Source: an uncultured Rivularia sp.
GTDB taxonomy: Bacteria; Cyanobacteriota; Cyanobacteriia; Cyanobacteriales; Nostocaceae
Direction: 5' to 3'
Assembly (NCBI GenBank): GCA_963665115.1
Contig: OY762007.1
Coordinates: 7,168,001-7,232,000 of the forward strand
Length of the DNA: 64,000 nucleotides
In this document: one piece after another, positions 31,253 to 41,643 of the stretch
Numbering within the stretch: position 1 is the first letter of the stretch
Layout of the letters: each line of letters begins with the position of its first letter
Notes under the pieces: model-generated
Told to the model about the DNA's origin: nothing
Seen by the model: the letters and a program-made list of their open reading frames with translations, nothing else
Database searches by the model: none
Position numbers and translations under genes: made by a program

Positions 31253-32536
31253 ATGGATGTGGGAGAATTTTTGAGAAGGTATGAAGATGGGGAAAGGGAT
31301 TTTTCGGGTATTGAAATTAGGGATGCGGATTTAAGCGGTATTGATTTATATGACAAAGTAATTCTACGAAAAGCTAAATTAATCAACATTAATTTAAGTA
31401 ATTCAAATTTATCGAAAGCTGATTTATCTGAAGCTGATTTAACTGGTTCAAATTTAAATAATGCTTTTTTATGGAAAGCTAATCTTACAAATGCTAATTT
31501 AAGTAATACAAATTTATTTTATGCGAATTTAGAAGCAGCTAATTTAAGAAATGCAATTCTCACAAGTACAGATTTAAGCTGTACAGATTTAATTGGTGCT
31601 GATTTAACTGGTACAAATATAGAAGCAGCTTTAAATTTAGCAAGTCATTACATATTTTTGGTGGATGAATCAAAAAATAAAAATACCGAACTACTTACAG
31701 AACTGAGAAACTTAACAAGAGGACTTAATTATAGGTATAACTCAGAAGGTTCTTATTATTATGAAATTTTTCTATGGGATACTGCATCGAGAGGTGATTT
31801 TAGCTTAGAAAAGTTTTTAGAAGCAGCGGTTTTTCTGGTAGAAGTTGATTCAATCGATTTATTTGAAGGGAAATTTTATATTGATGAATTTAACTTTATC
31901 CTTAAAGATATCAAACAATATATTAAAAATAGAGAATATTTTTATTTGAAGCTCGATATTGGTTTATTCGATAGTGAACCTATTCCTGTCTTGATTGGAA
32001 ATACACAAGCAGGAGATTGGATTGGTATATGTCCTCTTTTTGATATAAAACGAGGTGGTGAAGAAGAAATCGGTAGGATACAAGATAACGCATCTCATAA
32101 AATCGAATACGAACCATTAATATCAGCTTTGAAAAACTTAGAGACTGTAAAAATTTTTAATTCGGCTTTGATAAATTCTGAGCCTCTAGGAATTTTTCAT
32201 CAGGAACTTGATTGTACTGTAGAAGGTGTCGCTTGGGAGATTGCGGAAAATAGAAATAATTTACTCCATAATCTTTTAAAATATTCTAAAATGATGCATT
32301 TTTATGATGATGGTGATTTTGGAGGAGAAGGTTTCTTTGGGGAAAATGATGAAGATATAAAAAAAGACTATCCTGAAGAATATAAGAGAATTCAGAGATT
32401 ATCCAATATAATTAAAACTCGTTTCAAAGATATAAAAATTTATTGGATTGGTGATGGTGAGATTGATGTGTATATAGTCGGTAAAATTGAAACCGGGGAT
32501 TGGATTGGTATTCGTAGTAGGTTGTCGCATACGTGA
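31253..32536 (+). CDS. Pentapeptide-repeat protein with two NuiA (nuclease A inhibitor)-like domains
   Basis: MDVGEFLRRYEDGERDF start with GGAG RBS; A(D/N)Lxx repeats; GLNY..SEGSYYYEIFLW and IDVYIVGKIETGDWIGI motifs, the latter repeated as PVLIGNTQAGDWIGI. Confidence 0.75.
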   Translation: MDVGEFLRRYEDGERDFSGIEIRDADLSGIDLYDKVILRKAKLININLSNSNLSKADLSEADLTGSNLNNAFLWKANLTNANLSNTNLFYANLEAANLRNAILTSTDLSCTDLIGADLTGTNIEAALNLASHYIFLVDESKNKNTELLTELRNLTRGLNYRYNSEGSYYYEIFLWDTASRGDFSLEKFLEAAVFLVEVDSIDLFEGKFYIDEFNFILKDIKQYIKNREYFYLKLDIGLFDSEPIPVLIGNTQAGDWIGICPLFDIKRGGEEEIGRIQDNASHKIEYEPLISALKNLETVKIFNSALINSEPLGIFHQELDCTVEGVAWEIAENRNNLLHNLLKYSKMMHFYDDGDFGGEGFFGENDEDIKKDYPEEYKRIQRLSNIIKTRFKDIKIYWIGDGEIDVYIVGKIETGDWIGIRSRLSHT

Positions 32537-32610
32537 TTAAATTTGGTAGCTCGGATATAAATTTACCTGGCGGTTGAAACCGCCGGATATAATATTTCCA
32601 ATGAAAAAAA

Positions 32611-33271
32611 TCAAACCGTATCTGGATCTATACCTAATTCTTCCAACTTCTTTCTCAACCTTTCGGCTTTTTCTTCACTTTCCTTAAGTGCTTGTGCTAA
32701 TTCGCTTGGTGCGAGTAATTTTTCCCCCGTATCTTCTCGATAAAAAGCAATTAATTCCGATTCAATTTCCAATCTAAGTTGCAAAGGTTCGCTTCTATTG
32801 TCAGTAATTTCTTCATAAACTTCTTTATCTAAGCGATAACCTTTTAATTTGTTTTCAATCCATTCCCCTTTAGGATCGAATAACCAATATTCTTTTACAC
32901 CTAACTGTTCGTAAAGCGTTTTTTTGTAACCCGTATCTTTTTCCTTGGTTTCCTTCCGAGGTAATTTCAAATATCACCGCAGGTACTTGTTTCTCTTCCC
33001 AAATTTTATAATTATCCCTACCACCAGGAGCAACGTTAAAAATTACCATGACATCGGGTGCTACTCTGAGTCTGGGAAAACCTTGAGCGTAATATAAAAA
33101 TTGGTCAGCTAAAACTGTCGCTTGCTGTCCCTGCAAATACTGTTTTAAAATTTCTAAGGTTACAAGGATTGCATATAAATGAACGTAGGTTTCAGCCAAG
33201 GGTTCACCGTCTGAGCTAGGGTAGATGATTGCGATATCGGCTTGTTGGTTTGCTGATGCGAGAGATGTCAT
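32611..33271 (-). CDS. Uma2 family endonuclease, +1 A frameshift at ~32950
   Basis: YPSSDGEPLAE, VAPDVMV, FEITS and LGVKEYWLFDP motifs; correction gives EITSEGTKEKD. Confidence 0.88.
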
Positions 33272-33642
33272 GGTTTCACCAGCGGATAGTAATTTAGTTT
33301 AATTTTAATATAGGAATTTAGTTCGATTTTTAATAATTGCTTTTCTACATCCTCTACCCCCCTCCCACTTATCGTTGGTGCGTGACGCTATCTTCGCATT
33401 AATAACCACGTTCAAATTTTTTCAAAGCGTCACTAGGCTGTTGACTTTGATGGTTTTTGGCGAATTTTCCAAAAATATAGACACAGAATCTGCATGAAGT
33501 CTTGCGGGCTAAAGGGTACAGAGTCAACACCCTAGTCACACACCCTACAAGAATAAAGGCTCTAATATTTGTAGCGCAAGCAAGAATACCCATTCTACAA
33601 AATTCTATTGATCGTTGATAATTGTTCATTGATAATTGATAA

Positions 33643-34938
33643 ATGTTTGATATCCTTATTCTTTCCAATGGCCCCGGTGAAATAACAACTTGGGTGCGTC
33701 CTGTTGTAAAATCGTTACGGGAAAAACTTGGTAATAACCGCGATAAAGTCAGAATTTCCGTTGTTTTATCTCCCTGTGCTAACGCTAGCGGTAAGGAAGC
33801 TGATATTGCTCTTTCTTATCCCGAAGTTGATAGAGTTCAATCTGCTCAAAATTTCTTTCCTTTTCTACTAACCGGGAAAACAGTTGATAATTGGGATTGG
33901 AGAAAAAAAGGTGTTGTATTATTCCTCGGTGGAGATCAATTTTTTCCCGTGGTAATTGGTAAAAGGTTGAATTACCGTACTGTTATCTACGCTGAATGGG
34001 AAGCTAGATGGCATTCTTTAATTAATAGATTCGGTGTCATGAAGCCCGAAGTTGCTGCCAATGTTAAACCTAAATACGCTGATAAATTTACCGTTGTTGG
34101 AGATTTGATGGCGGAAGCTGGGGTGGAAGAGAGAGGGGGAGAGGGGGAAGAGGGGGTAGAGGGGGAAGCACCAATTACCAATTACCAATTACCAATTACC
34201 CATTCCCATTTAATTGGAATTTTACCTGGTTCAAAAGCAGCTAAGTTAGCTCAGGGTGTCCCTTTGAGTTTGGCGATCGCTCAACATATCCACAACAAAT
34301 TTCCTCAAACTAAGTTCTTCATCCCTGTAGCTCCAACTCTTGATTTACAAACTTTGGCTAGTTTCGCTGATGCACAACAAAATCCGATGTCGCAATATTT
34401 TGAAAATACATCGGCAAAGTTAATAAATACAAATTCAGAAAAACCATATTTACAAACAGCAACAGGTTTAAAAGTCGAATTATCTTTAGAACACCCGGCT
34501 TACGATCTATTATCTAAATGCAGTCTTTGTTTAACTACCGTTGGTGCAAACACTGCCGAATTAGGTTCTTTAGCCGTACCAATGATTGTTTTACTCCCTA
34601 CTCAACAATTGGATGCAATGCGCTCTTGGGATGGTATTCCTGGATTACTCGCTAATTTACCTTTAGTCGGCACTAGTTTCGCTAAGTTGATAAATTGGTA
34701 TTTTATTAAACGTAAGGGTTTGTTAGCATGGCCGAATATATGGGCGCAGCAAGAAATTGTGCCGGAATTGGTAGGAAAATTACAACCCTCTGAAGTTGCT
34801 GATATTGCCATAGATTATTTACAAAATCCTCAAAAATTAGCCGATATTCGTGGTAAGTTGAAAAGTGCTAGAGGTCAAGCTGGTGCTGCCGATAAACTGA
34901 CTCAGTTGGTATGCGAAGAGTTAGAAAAACAAGTTTGA
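33643..34938 (+). CDS. lpxB: Lipid-A-disaccharide synthase-like glycosyltransferase
   Basis: LSNGPGE, ILPGSK, TTVGANTAELG and LAWPN...IVPEL motifs; contains an in-frame repeat-derived insertion. Confidence 0.78.
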   Translation: MFDILILSNGPGEITTWVRPVVKSLREKLGNNRDKVRISVVLSPCANASGKEADIALSYPEVDRVQSAQNFFPFLLTGKTVDNWDWRKKGVVLFLGGDQFFPVVIGKRLNYRTVIYAEWEARWHSLINRFGVMKPEVAANVKPKYADKFTVVGDLMAEAGVEERGGEGEEGVEGEAPITNYQLPITHSHLIGILPGSKAAKLAQGVPLSLAIAQHIHNKFPQTKFFIPVAPTLDLQTLASFADAQQNPMSQYFENTSAKLINTNSEKPYLQTATGLKVELSLEHPAYDLLSKCSLCLTTVGANTAELGSLAVPMIVLLPTQQLDAMRSWDGIPGLLANLPLVGTSFAKLINWYFIKRKGLLAWPNIWAQQEIVPELVGKLQPSEVADIAIDYLQNPQKLADIRGKLKSARGQAGAADKLTQLVCEELEKQV

Positions 34939-35085
34939 TTAATTCTAGATTTCTATTCTATTTACACAAACCTGCGACAAAAAACTTGAAATTATAAATA
35001 ATGCTAGACAAGATATATTTCGATATTACGGTAATACCAAAATATATCTTGTTTAACCCATTCTAGTTAGATTTATGGTTCATTC

Positions 35086-35328
35086 TTAATTTTCATCTTT
35101 CTCAACTAGAATTTGATCGAGTCTGTCATTAGCATCTTTAGCAAGCTTCTGGAATTCCACAGCAGAAACTAAACCAGTAGCAGTAAGTACAGTTCCTTGT
35201 GGAACCTTGTTTGATAAAAGCATTCCCGCACCTGCTAAACTAATAAGAAAAGATAGGCTCGTTGCAAAAAATGCCATGTTAAAGCTATAACGCGCTTGAC
35301 GTAAACGTTCTTCGATAATGGGTGACAT
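35086..35328 (-). CDS. Cyanobacterial TRADD-N-associated 2-TM protein
   Basis: ERLRQARYSFN, two TM helices, AKDANDRLD; divergent from the TRADD-N-like gene. Confidence 0.75.
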   Translation of the reverse strand: MSPIIEERLRQARYSFNMAFFATSLSFLISLAGAGMLLSNKVPQGTVLTATGLVSAVEFQKLAKDANDRLDQILVEKDEN

Positions 35329-35490
35329 ATTAAGTTGAAATACTTAACTACACTTCTAATATCACCTTCTGAAACTCCAATATTGACTACTCAATGATTG
35401 TGTTGTGAACAACTTGTGTTTCCTCTATGATTGTTTTATGACCAAGTTTTGATTGCGTAAGCGAAGCTGCTAAAACACCCTAGCTCAAAC

Positions 35491-38079
35491 ATGACACAAC
35501 ATAAGCAAAGTGCTAGAAAAAAGAAAATTACTTATAAAGCCTCCTTGCAGGGTGTAGAGAGAGCACAAGCAGCTTTGAAACGGCATGGATTTGAGTCAAA
35601 AAGTAATTTCGCAAAGTCTCAGTTAATATCCCGCTCTACGGTTACAAAGTTTTTTCTGCGTCAACCAATTCAGCTTGATTCTTTTAAAAGGATATGTGAA
35701 GGGTTGCAATTAAATTGGAAAGAAATTGCGGAGTTAGAAGATACTACGGAATTTCTAGAAGAAAAACAATTAGAACCGTTAAAAACAGTTGTTAAAAGTT
35801 CCTTAGCAATTAACCAAGAGGTTGAAGGAGAAATGACTCGCCGTCAAGTGACTGTGATAGATAAAGAAACGAAAACAGTTAAAGCAGTTATTACATTAGA
35901 AGGCGATATAAATTCAGTTATAAATTACAATATTCTCCAATCTATTTTACGAGGATATACGGGAAACACTATAAAAATCAATGATAAACAACCAGGTAGT
36001 ATTAAGTTAACTATAGAAGGTTCTCAAGAAGATATTGAAAAGCTTCGACAACTGATAGAATCTGAAGAATTAAATCAATTAGATGGTTTTCCCGTTAAAA
36101 AGATTCAAATTTTGGGTGAAAGTTCAGATGAAAGTCAAAATAATCAAGCAATTGATAAATGGAGTTTGGCAAGTCAGATAGTCTCCAAGCAAATTGAAAG
36201 CCTAGATTTGAGCGGCGTTGATTTGAGCGATACTTACTTAATTGGTGCTGACTTGAGTGGTTTGAACTTAAGTGGTGCTGATTTAAGTGGTGCTGACTTA
36301 AGCGATACAAATTTAATTAATTTAACTGAAGCTCTAGCTGCGGCTAGGGAGATTCAGAATGAGAGATTTCGCGCTAATATGCTAATTTCTTTAGCTGATA
36401 AACTGCCACCAGAATTATTAACTGAAGCTCTAGCTGCGGCTAAGAAGATTCAATATGAGGAATTTCGCGCTAAAGTGCTAATTTCTTTAGCTGATAAACT
36501 GCCGGAATTATTAACTCAAGCTCTGGCTGCGGCTAGGGGGATTCAAGATGAGTATAATCGCGCTAATGTGCTAATTTCTTTAGCTGATAAACTGCCACCA
36601 GGATTATTAATTCAAGCTCTGGCTGCGGCTAGGGAGATTCAAGATGAGTATAATCGCGCTAATGTGCTAATTTCTTTAGCTGATAAACTGCCACCAGGAT
36701 TATTAACTCAAGCTCTGGCTGCGGCTAGGGAGATTCAAGATGAGTATAATCGCGCTAAAGTGCTAATTTCTTTAGCTGATAAACTGCCGGAATTATTAAC
36801 TCAAGCTCTGGCTGCGGCTAGGGAGATTCAAAATGAGAGATTTCGCGCTAAAGTGCTAATTTCTTTAGCTGATAAACTGCCGGAATTATTAACTCAAGCT
36901 CTGGCTGCGGCTATGGGGATTCAAGATGAGTATAATCGCGCTAATGTGCTAATTTCTTTAGCTGATAAACTGCCACCAGAATTATTAACTCAAGCTCTGG
37001 CTGCGGCTAGGGAGATTCAAGATGAGTATAATCGCGCTAAAGTGCTAATTTCTTTAGCTGATAAACTGCCACCAGGATTATTAACTCAAGCTCTGGTTGC
37101 GGCTAGGGGGATTCAAGATGAGTATAATCGCGCTAAAGTGCTAATTTCTTTAGCTGATAAACTGCCACCAGAATTATTAACTCAAGCTCTGGCTGCGGCT
37201 AGGGGGATTCAATATGAGTATAATCGCGCTAAAGTGCTAATTTCTTTAGCTGATAAACTGCCACCAGAATTATTAACTCAAGCTCTGGCTGCGGCTAGGG
37301 AGATTCAAAATGAGCGCGCTAAAGTGCTAATTTCTTTAGCTGATAAACTGCCACCAGAATTATTAACTCAAACTCTGGCTGCGGCTAGGGAGATTCAAGA
37401 TGAGTGTAATCGCGCTAAAGTGCTAATTTCTTTAGCTGATAAACTGCCGGAATTATTAACTGAAGCTCTGGCTGCGGCTAGGGAGATTCAAGATGAGTAT
37501 AATCGCGTTAATGTGCTAATTTCTTTAGCTGATAAACTGCCGGAATTATTAACTGAAGCTCTGGCAGTGGCTAGGGAGACTCAAGATGAGAACTATTACG
37601 CTAATGTGTTGCAAACCTTAGTAAAGAAATTACTATCGCATGATGGTAGCTTGAATAAAGTCAGTCAAAGTTTTGCCAATTTAGAAGGTTCAACTTTGAT
37701 TAATGCTGACTTGAGCAAAGTTGATTTAAGACGCGGTAATTTGAGAAAAGCCAATTTTAATAAAGCTAATCTAGAAGGTGCTTTTCTAAATGATGCCGAT
37801 TTGAGTAAAGCAAAGCTGATTCAAACTAACCTGAGATACGCTTACTTAAGAGATGCCAAACTCGTTAGTGCTAAATTAACAGATGCCAATTTAGCAGATG
37901 CTAACCTTGCAGGAGCCAACTTAATTGATGCTGACTTAAGTGGTGCTAATGTAAAAAATGCGAAATTTGGACACAATCAAGGAATTTCAGATGAATTGAA
38001 GCGCGATCTTCAGCGGCGAGGGGCTATATTTGTTGACGAGCCTCCTAGAGAAGATTCAAGGGTTTTAGTTCCTGTATAG
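35491..38079 (+). CDS. HTH + TRADD-N-like + pentapeptide repeat protein with inserted alpha-helical tandem repeats
   Basis: N-terminal ISRSTVTKFF...FKRICEGLQLNW HTH; IKINDKQPGSIKLTIEGSQEDIEKL TRADD-N-like segment; pentapeptide blocks on both sides of ~14 repeats. Confidence 0.78.
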   Translation: MTQHKQSARKKKITYKASLQGVERAQAALKRHGFESKSNFAKSQLISRSTVTKFFLRQPIQLDSFKRICEGLQLNWKEIAELEDTTEFLEEKQLEPLKTVVKSSLAINQEVEGEMTRRQVTVIDKETKTVKAVITLEGDINSVINYNILQSILRGYTGNTIKINDKQPGSIKLTIEGSQEDIEKLRQLIESEELNQLDGFPVKKIQILGESSDESQNNQAIDKWSLASQIVSKQIESLDLSGVDLSDTYLIGADLSGLNLSGADLSGADLSDTNLINLTEALAAAREIQNERFRANMLISLADKLPPELLTEALAAAKKIQYEEFRAKVLISLADKLPELLTQALAAARGIQDEYNRANVLISLADKLPPGLLIQALAAAREIQDEYNRANVLISLADKLPPGLLTQALAAAREIQDEYNRAKVLISLADKLPELLTQALAAAREIQNERFRAKVLISLADKLPELLTQALAAAMGIQDEYNRANVLISLADKLPPELLTQALAAAREIQDEYNRAKVLISLADKLPPGLLTQALVAARGIQDEYNRAKVLISLADKLPPELLTQALAAARGIQYEYNRAKVLISLADKLPPELLTQALAAAREIQNERAKVLISLADKLPPELLTQTLAAAREIQDECNRAKVLISLADKLPELLTEALAAAREIQDEYNRVNVLISLADKLPELLTEALAVARETQDENYYANVLQTLVKKLLSHDGSLNKVSQSFANLEGSTLINADLSKVDLRRGNLRKANFNKANLEGAFLNDADLSKAKLIQTNLRYAYLRDAKLVSAKLTDANLADANLAGANLIDADLSGANVKNAKFGHNQGISDELKRDLQRRGAIFVDEPPREDSRVLVPV
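36322..37630 (+). repeat. Coding tandem repeat: 13 near-identical 90-96 bp units plus one degenerate unit
   Basis: Unit LT(Q/E)ALAAAREIQxExxRA(N/K)VLISLADKLP(P)(E/G)L; nucleotide core GTGCTAATTTCTTTAGCTGATAAACTGCC almost invariant. Confidence 0.95.
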
Positions 38080-38128
38080 TAAAAGAAATCAAGTTCGCTC
38101 AATTACTTATAAATACAAAGTATATTTG

Positions 38129-38309
38129 TAAGTAAGTTTGCAGAAATAAAACCAACTATGTAACGAAAAGTAATTTGCTCGAAACGGCTGGGATTGCTAT
38201 CTCCCTCCGGGAGACGCTGCGCTAACGTCGTTCCTCCATTCCCTCAAAGGGAACACTCCGTGAACGCAATGACAAAGAACAGTTATGTTTAATTACGCTC
38301 ACTTACTTA
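38129..38309. mobile_element. MITE-like element
   Basis: Terminal inverted repeats TAAGTAAGT / ACTTACTTA (imperfectly extendable); internal GATTGCT...CGCAATGACA motif shared with 45432-45580. Confidence 0.6.
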
Positions 38310-38391
38310 GTTAGGCTTTAGTAATAAACACAAAAATTGATAAAAAGTATTTTGATATTTCCGTAAAATAGTAAAAAAATATTATTACCTA

Positions 38392-39261
38392 TTACCCATT
38401 ACCTAAATCATTCCGAATAGCTTTGAGTAAATCTTGATGAACTGATTCGGAAGTTGCGATAATTAATCCTGGTAATTTATAATCCTCGCAAGTATTTAGT
38501 GCAGGTAAAGCAGAACCTTCCAAATTTGTCACCTTGCAACCTGCTTCTCTAGCAAGAAAAGCTAAAGCTGCACCATCAATAAACTGACCAAACCTTTTCA
38601 CAGCACCGCTTATATCGCCAGTTAAAATGCCGTTAAGATTGGGCATTTGAACTGAGCTAGAATAATCTTCGACTGCATTAATGATTTTGTATTTATCTTT
38701 TAATGAAGTTGTTAGCGAACTCATCGCCGTACCTAATAATATAGTAGGTTTATCTGTGGAATCTACTTTTAATAGAGTGCATTCGTCCAAATTCATTTCT
38801 AAAGTACCTTTAAAAGCACCTTTACCTCTCAAAGCGTAATAATACACATTTTCGCTGGGAGATATAGCAATTACGGCTTCATAATCATCTGTATTTAGAA
38901 TACTGAGAATAATTTGATAATTAGAATGTCCATCTATATAGAACTTTGTACCGTCGATTGGGTCAAGAGTGACTAAATAATCATCTTTTTCGCCAAAATC
39001 AACAGCACGAAAATATTTTGTATTGGGAGAGCTTTTATATTCTTCCCCATAAAAACGGATGTTTGGGAAATTACCTAATAAAGCAACTTCTACAAAATTT
39101 TGAATAGCTAAATCCGCTTCAGTTAAAGCCGCAGAAAAAAAGCTTTCTCCACCATCTTTGTCAGGAAGAGCAGCAATTTTCGGTTGTAGGAAACGAGCAT
39201 AACCTGCTGCTGCTTTTAAATGTGGAAGTAAAGTTTCTAAAATAATCCGAGGTGAGGGCAT
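38392..39261 (-). CDS. Inositol monophosphatase family protein
   Basis: TEAD, YGEE, LDPIDGT and DGAALAFLAREAG motifs. Confidence 0.88.
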   Translation of the reverse strand: MPSPRIILETLLPHLKAAAGYARFLQPKIAALPDKDGGESFFSAALTEADLAIQNFVEVALLGNFPNIRFYGEEYKSSPNTKYFRAVDFGEKDDYLVTLDPIDGTKFYIDGHSNYQIILSILNTDDYEAVIAISPSENVYYYALRGKGAFKGTLEMNLDECTLLKVDSTDKPTILLGTAMSSLTTSLKDKYKIINAVEDYSSSVQMPNLNGILTGDISGAVKRFGQFIDGAALAFLAREAGCKVTNLEGSALPALNTCEDYKLPGLIIATSESVHQDLLKAIRNDLGNG

Positions 39262-39319
39262 AAAAGGTAATAGGTTAAAGGTTAAAGGTCAAAGGTAAGA
39301 GATAAAAACTGATAACTGA

Positions 39320-39709
39320 TTACTGTTCGCTGTTTTCCCCATCTCGTCTTCCTAATTCATAAACTCCGCAACTCATACAGGCGAGAATTCCGGTACTGAT
39401 ACCCCAACTTCCCCCCAAACTGATTTCTATAATCCAATTGGACAAAGCACCAAATATTAAAAAAGGTATGATGCTGAAAACCGATGCATAGAAAGCGTTT
39501 TGCGATTCTCTTGCTTTGCGAGTTTTTTCAAATTCAGTCTGACTGGTATACATAAATCGCTCGGCAAAATTGAACCAGCGATTCAGCTGTTTTGTTACCC
39601 ATTCACTAAGCGGGGAAAAACCTAGATACAGTGCCAAAGACCATAAAGTCGCTCCAGCAATGGCTAATGTGTCTATATCGAACCTGAAAGGAAATATATC
39701 AGTTAACAT
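39320..39709 (-). CDS. Conserved hypothetical membrane protein
   Basis: Three hydrophobic segments; WSLALY and GVYELGR motifs. Confidence 0.7.
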   Translation of the reverse strand: MLTDIFPFRFDIDTLAIAGATLWSLALYLGFSPLSEWVTKQLNRWFNFAERFMYTSQTEFEKTRKARESQNAFYASVFSIIPFLIFGALSNWIIEISLGGSWGISTGILACMSCGVYELGRRDGENSEQ

Positions 39710-40428
39710 AGTTTGCGAAGATACGAGAAATTCTTAAATTCACTTGCAAGCTTTATATTATCGCTAACAATAATTCTTTTTAATGTTAGATTTTACAGCA
39801 TTTGCGGCGATTGGTAAAACTTCTCTTCAAGGCTTGCAGTAATTATTGCAGTATTTTAGCTAATTCTCGATCCAAATTATGCGGATGGGAAGATATTGTT
39901 TTGATTATCCGTCTGTTGACTATTCATATTTATAGAAAACTTGATTGCGGGGGAACTTTATTACTGGCAATTGATACTTATTTATAGGTCAGTTTGGATC
40001 GAGATTGTAGATGTTCGGCGATCGATCGTTTGACATAGGCAAAGATACATAAATCCTATTCATATCGTAACAAGGAACCAGAAAATATTTAAAGAGGTAT
40101 ATTCTCGTCAATAAAAGTATAAGCAATACCAGTAATAATCTAATTGTTTTTTTCGTCAATTTTTATTTTTTAAGTATTATCCCATATTATTTTTGTTTTT
40201 CTCAATGCTTTTTGATTAAGTTTTGAGCATTTTTACTGAAGCCAAATATATCTAAAAAGCTTTCAATAAAACATAAAATTACTTACTTGACATTACTATA
40301 TCTTCAAGTAGGATAATGCAAATAAAGGGATGCATATACAGAAAAGACAGATTAAAGCTAAATTTATCGTAGTTTTTAATTTGACCGTAATATAACTATT
40401 AACTAAGTAAAATTTTCAGGATAAAAAT

Positions 40429-41094
40429 ATGAATAAACGAATATTAAATTCAAAAGTTTTAGCATTTTTTCTTGTAGGTTTGACAGCTATATTAATTAGC
40501 TCAAATATGGTGAAAGCTGTAGAAAATAACCCTACACTCTTGGCTCGAAATAACATTTGGTCATCAGCTTCTTTCCCCGTCGAACGTTTTCAAGCTTACA
40601 CATCCCCTTTTGGATATCGTCGCTCTCCAAGAGGTGGACGTATGGAGTTTCACAACGGTTTAGATATTGCCGCACCTCAAGGTAGCTACATCCGCAACTG
40701 GTGGGGAGGTACGGTAATTAAAGTAGGCGATCGCGGTGCTTGCGGTACCCATATCATCGTTCAGTCTGGTGACTGGAAACACAGCTATTGCCATATGAAA
40801 GGACGGGTAGAAAAATCCAACGGTCAGCTTTATATGGTCGATCGCGCTGGCGGTATTCAAATCGCTAAAGGTCAGCGAATACCCGCAGGTTTCCGAATTG
40901 GACGTATCGGAATGACTGGGCGCACTACGGGACCTCATCTCCACTGGGTACTTAGATACGGGAAGAATTATGTTGACCCAGCAAAGGTTCTCCGAGCTAT
41001 GCATACCAAGCAGCAAGTTAGCAATACATCAAATATTAATAGTAATCAAAGGTATCAAATAAAACTTGAAGAATCAAAGCTGATTAATCAGTGA
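40429..41094 (+). CDS. M23 family metallopeptidase, secreted
   Basis: Signal peptide; TSPFGYR, HNGLD, YCH and GRTTGPHLHW motifs. Confidence 0.92.
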   Translation: MNKRILNSKVLAFFLVGLTAILISSNMVKAVENNPTLLARNNIWSSASFPVERFQAYTSPFGYRRSPRGGRMEFHNGLDIAAPQGSYIRNWWGGTVIKVGDRGACGTHIIVQSGDWKHSYCHMKGRVEKSNGQLYMVDRAGGIQIAKGQRIPAGFRIGRIGMTGRTTGPHLHWVLRYGKNYVDPAKVLRAMHTKQQVSNTSNINSNQRYQIKLEESKLINQ

Positions 41095-41199
41095 GCAGTT
41101 TGATATGTACTTGTTATGCGGCATTAAATAGTTGTAAAAGAGGGAACAGAGGAAGAAGATTGTATTAGTCCCAAATAAATCCTAAAAATGAATAATCGC

Positions 41200-41232
41200 A
41201 GAAACCCGGTTTTTTGGAAAAACCGGGTTTCT
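41200..41232. repeat. Palindromic dispersed repeat AGAAACCCGGTTTTT/AAAAACCGGGTTTCT (also ~17058-17090 and split at ~2306-2369)
   Basis: Perfect inverted repeat downstream of genes; may double as a terminator. Confidence 0.75.
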
Positions 41233-41643
41233 AATTACTATTACTCTGCCCCGTTTACCATAAATTAGCAAAGCTCAAGCTAAGGCTTTAGGAGAATTTT
41301 TTCATGTAGATGCAGATTTATTTAAACCATTGGCAACAAACTATTAAGTTAACTTGATATAGATAAATTTTTTGTATATATATTAATTGATTCCGAATTA
41401 ATACTTGCTTAGGTGGGAGTTACTCTAAAGATGCGATACGATTCACCTCAAACCTAGAACCTGCAATATTCTGGAAGCTCTGCATCTCTACAAAATCAGG
41501 GACAAAATTCTTCTTGAAAGAAATTAAGTTTATAACAACCATAATTAGTCAATCTCTCTAAAGGAATATAGAAATAATTAAATAACTATGTGATTATACG
41601 TAAATGAAATATTTATACAGATAGATTTTTAAGGTTTTACTAG

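Noticed and set aside
36322..37630. Regular repeats as a CRISPR array or DGR target
   Set aside because: Units are in-frame coding repeats without unique spacers; no cas genes, reverse transcriptase or separate template repeat in the window.
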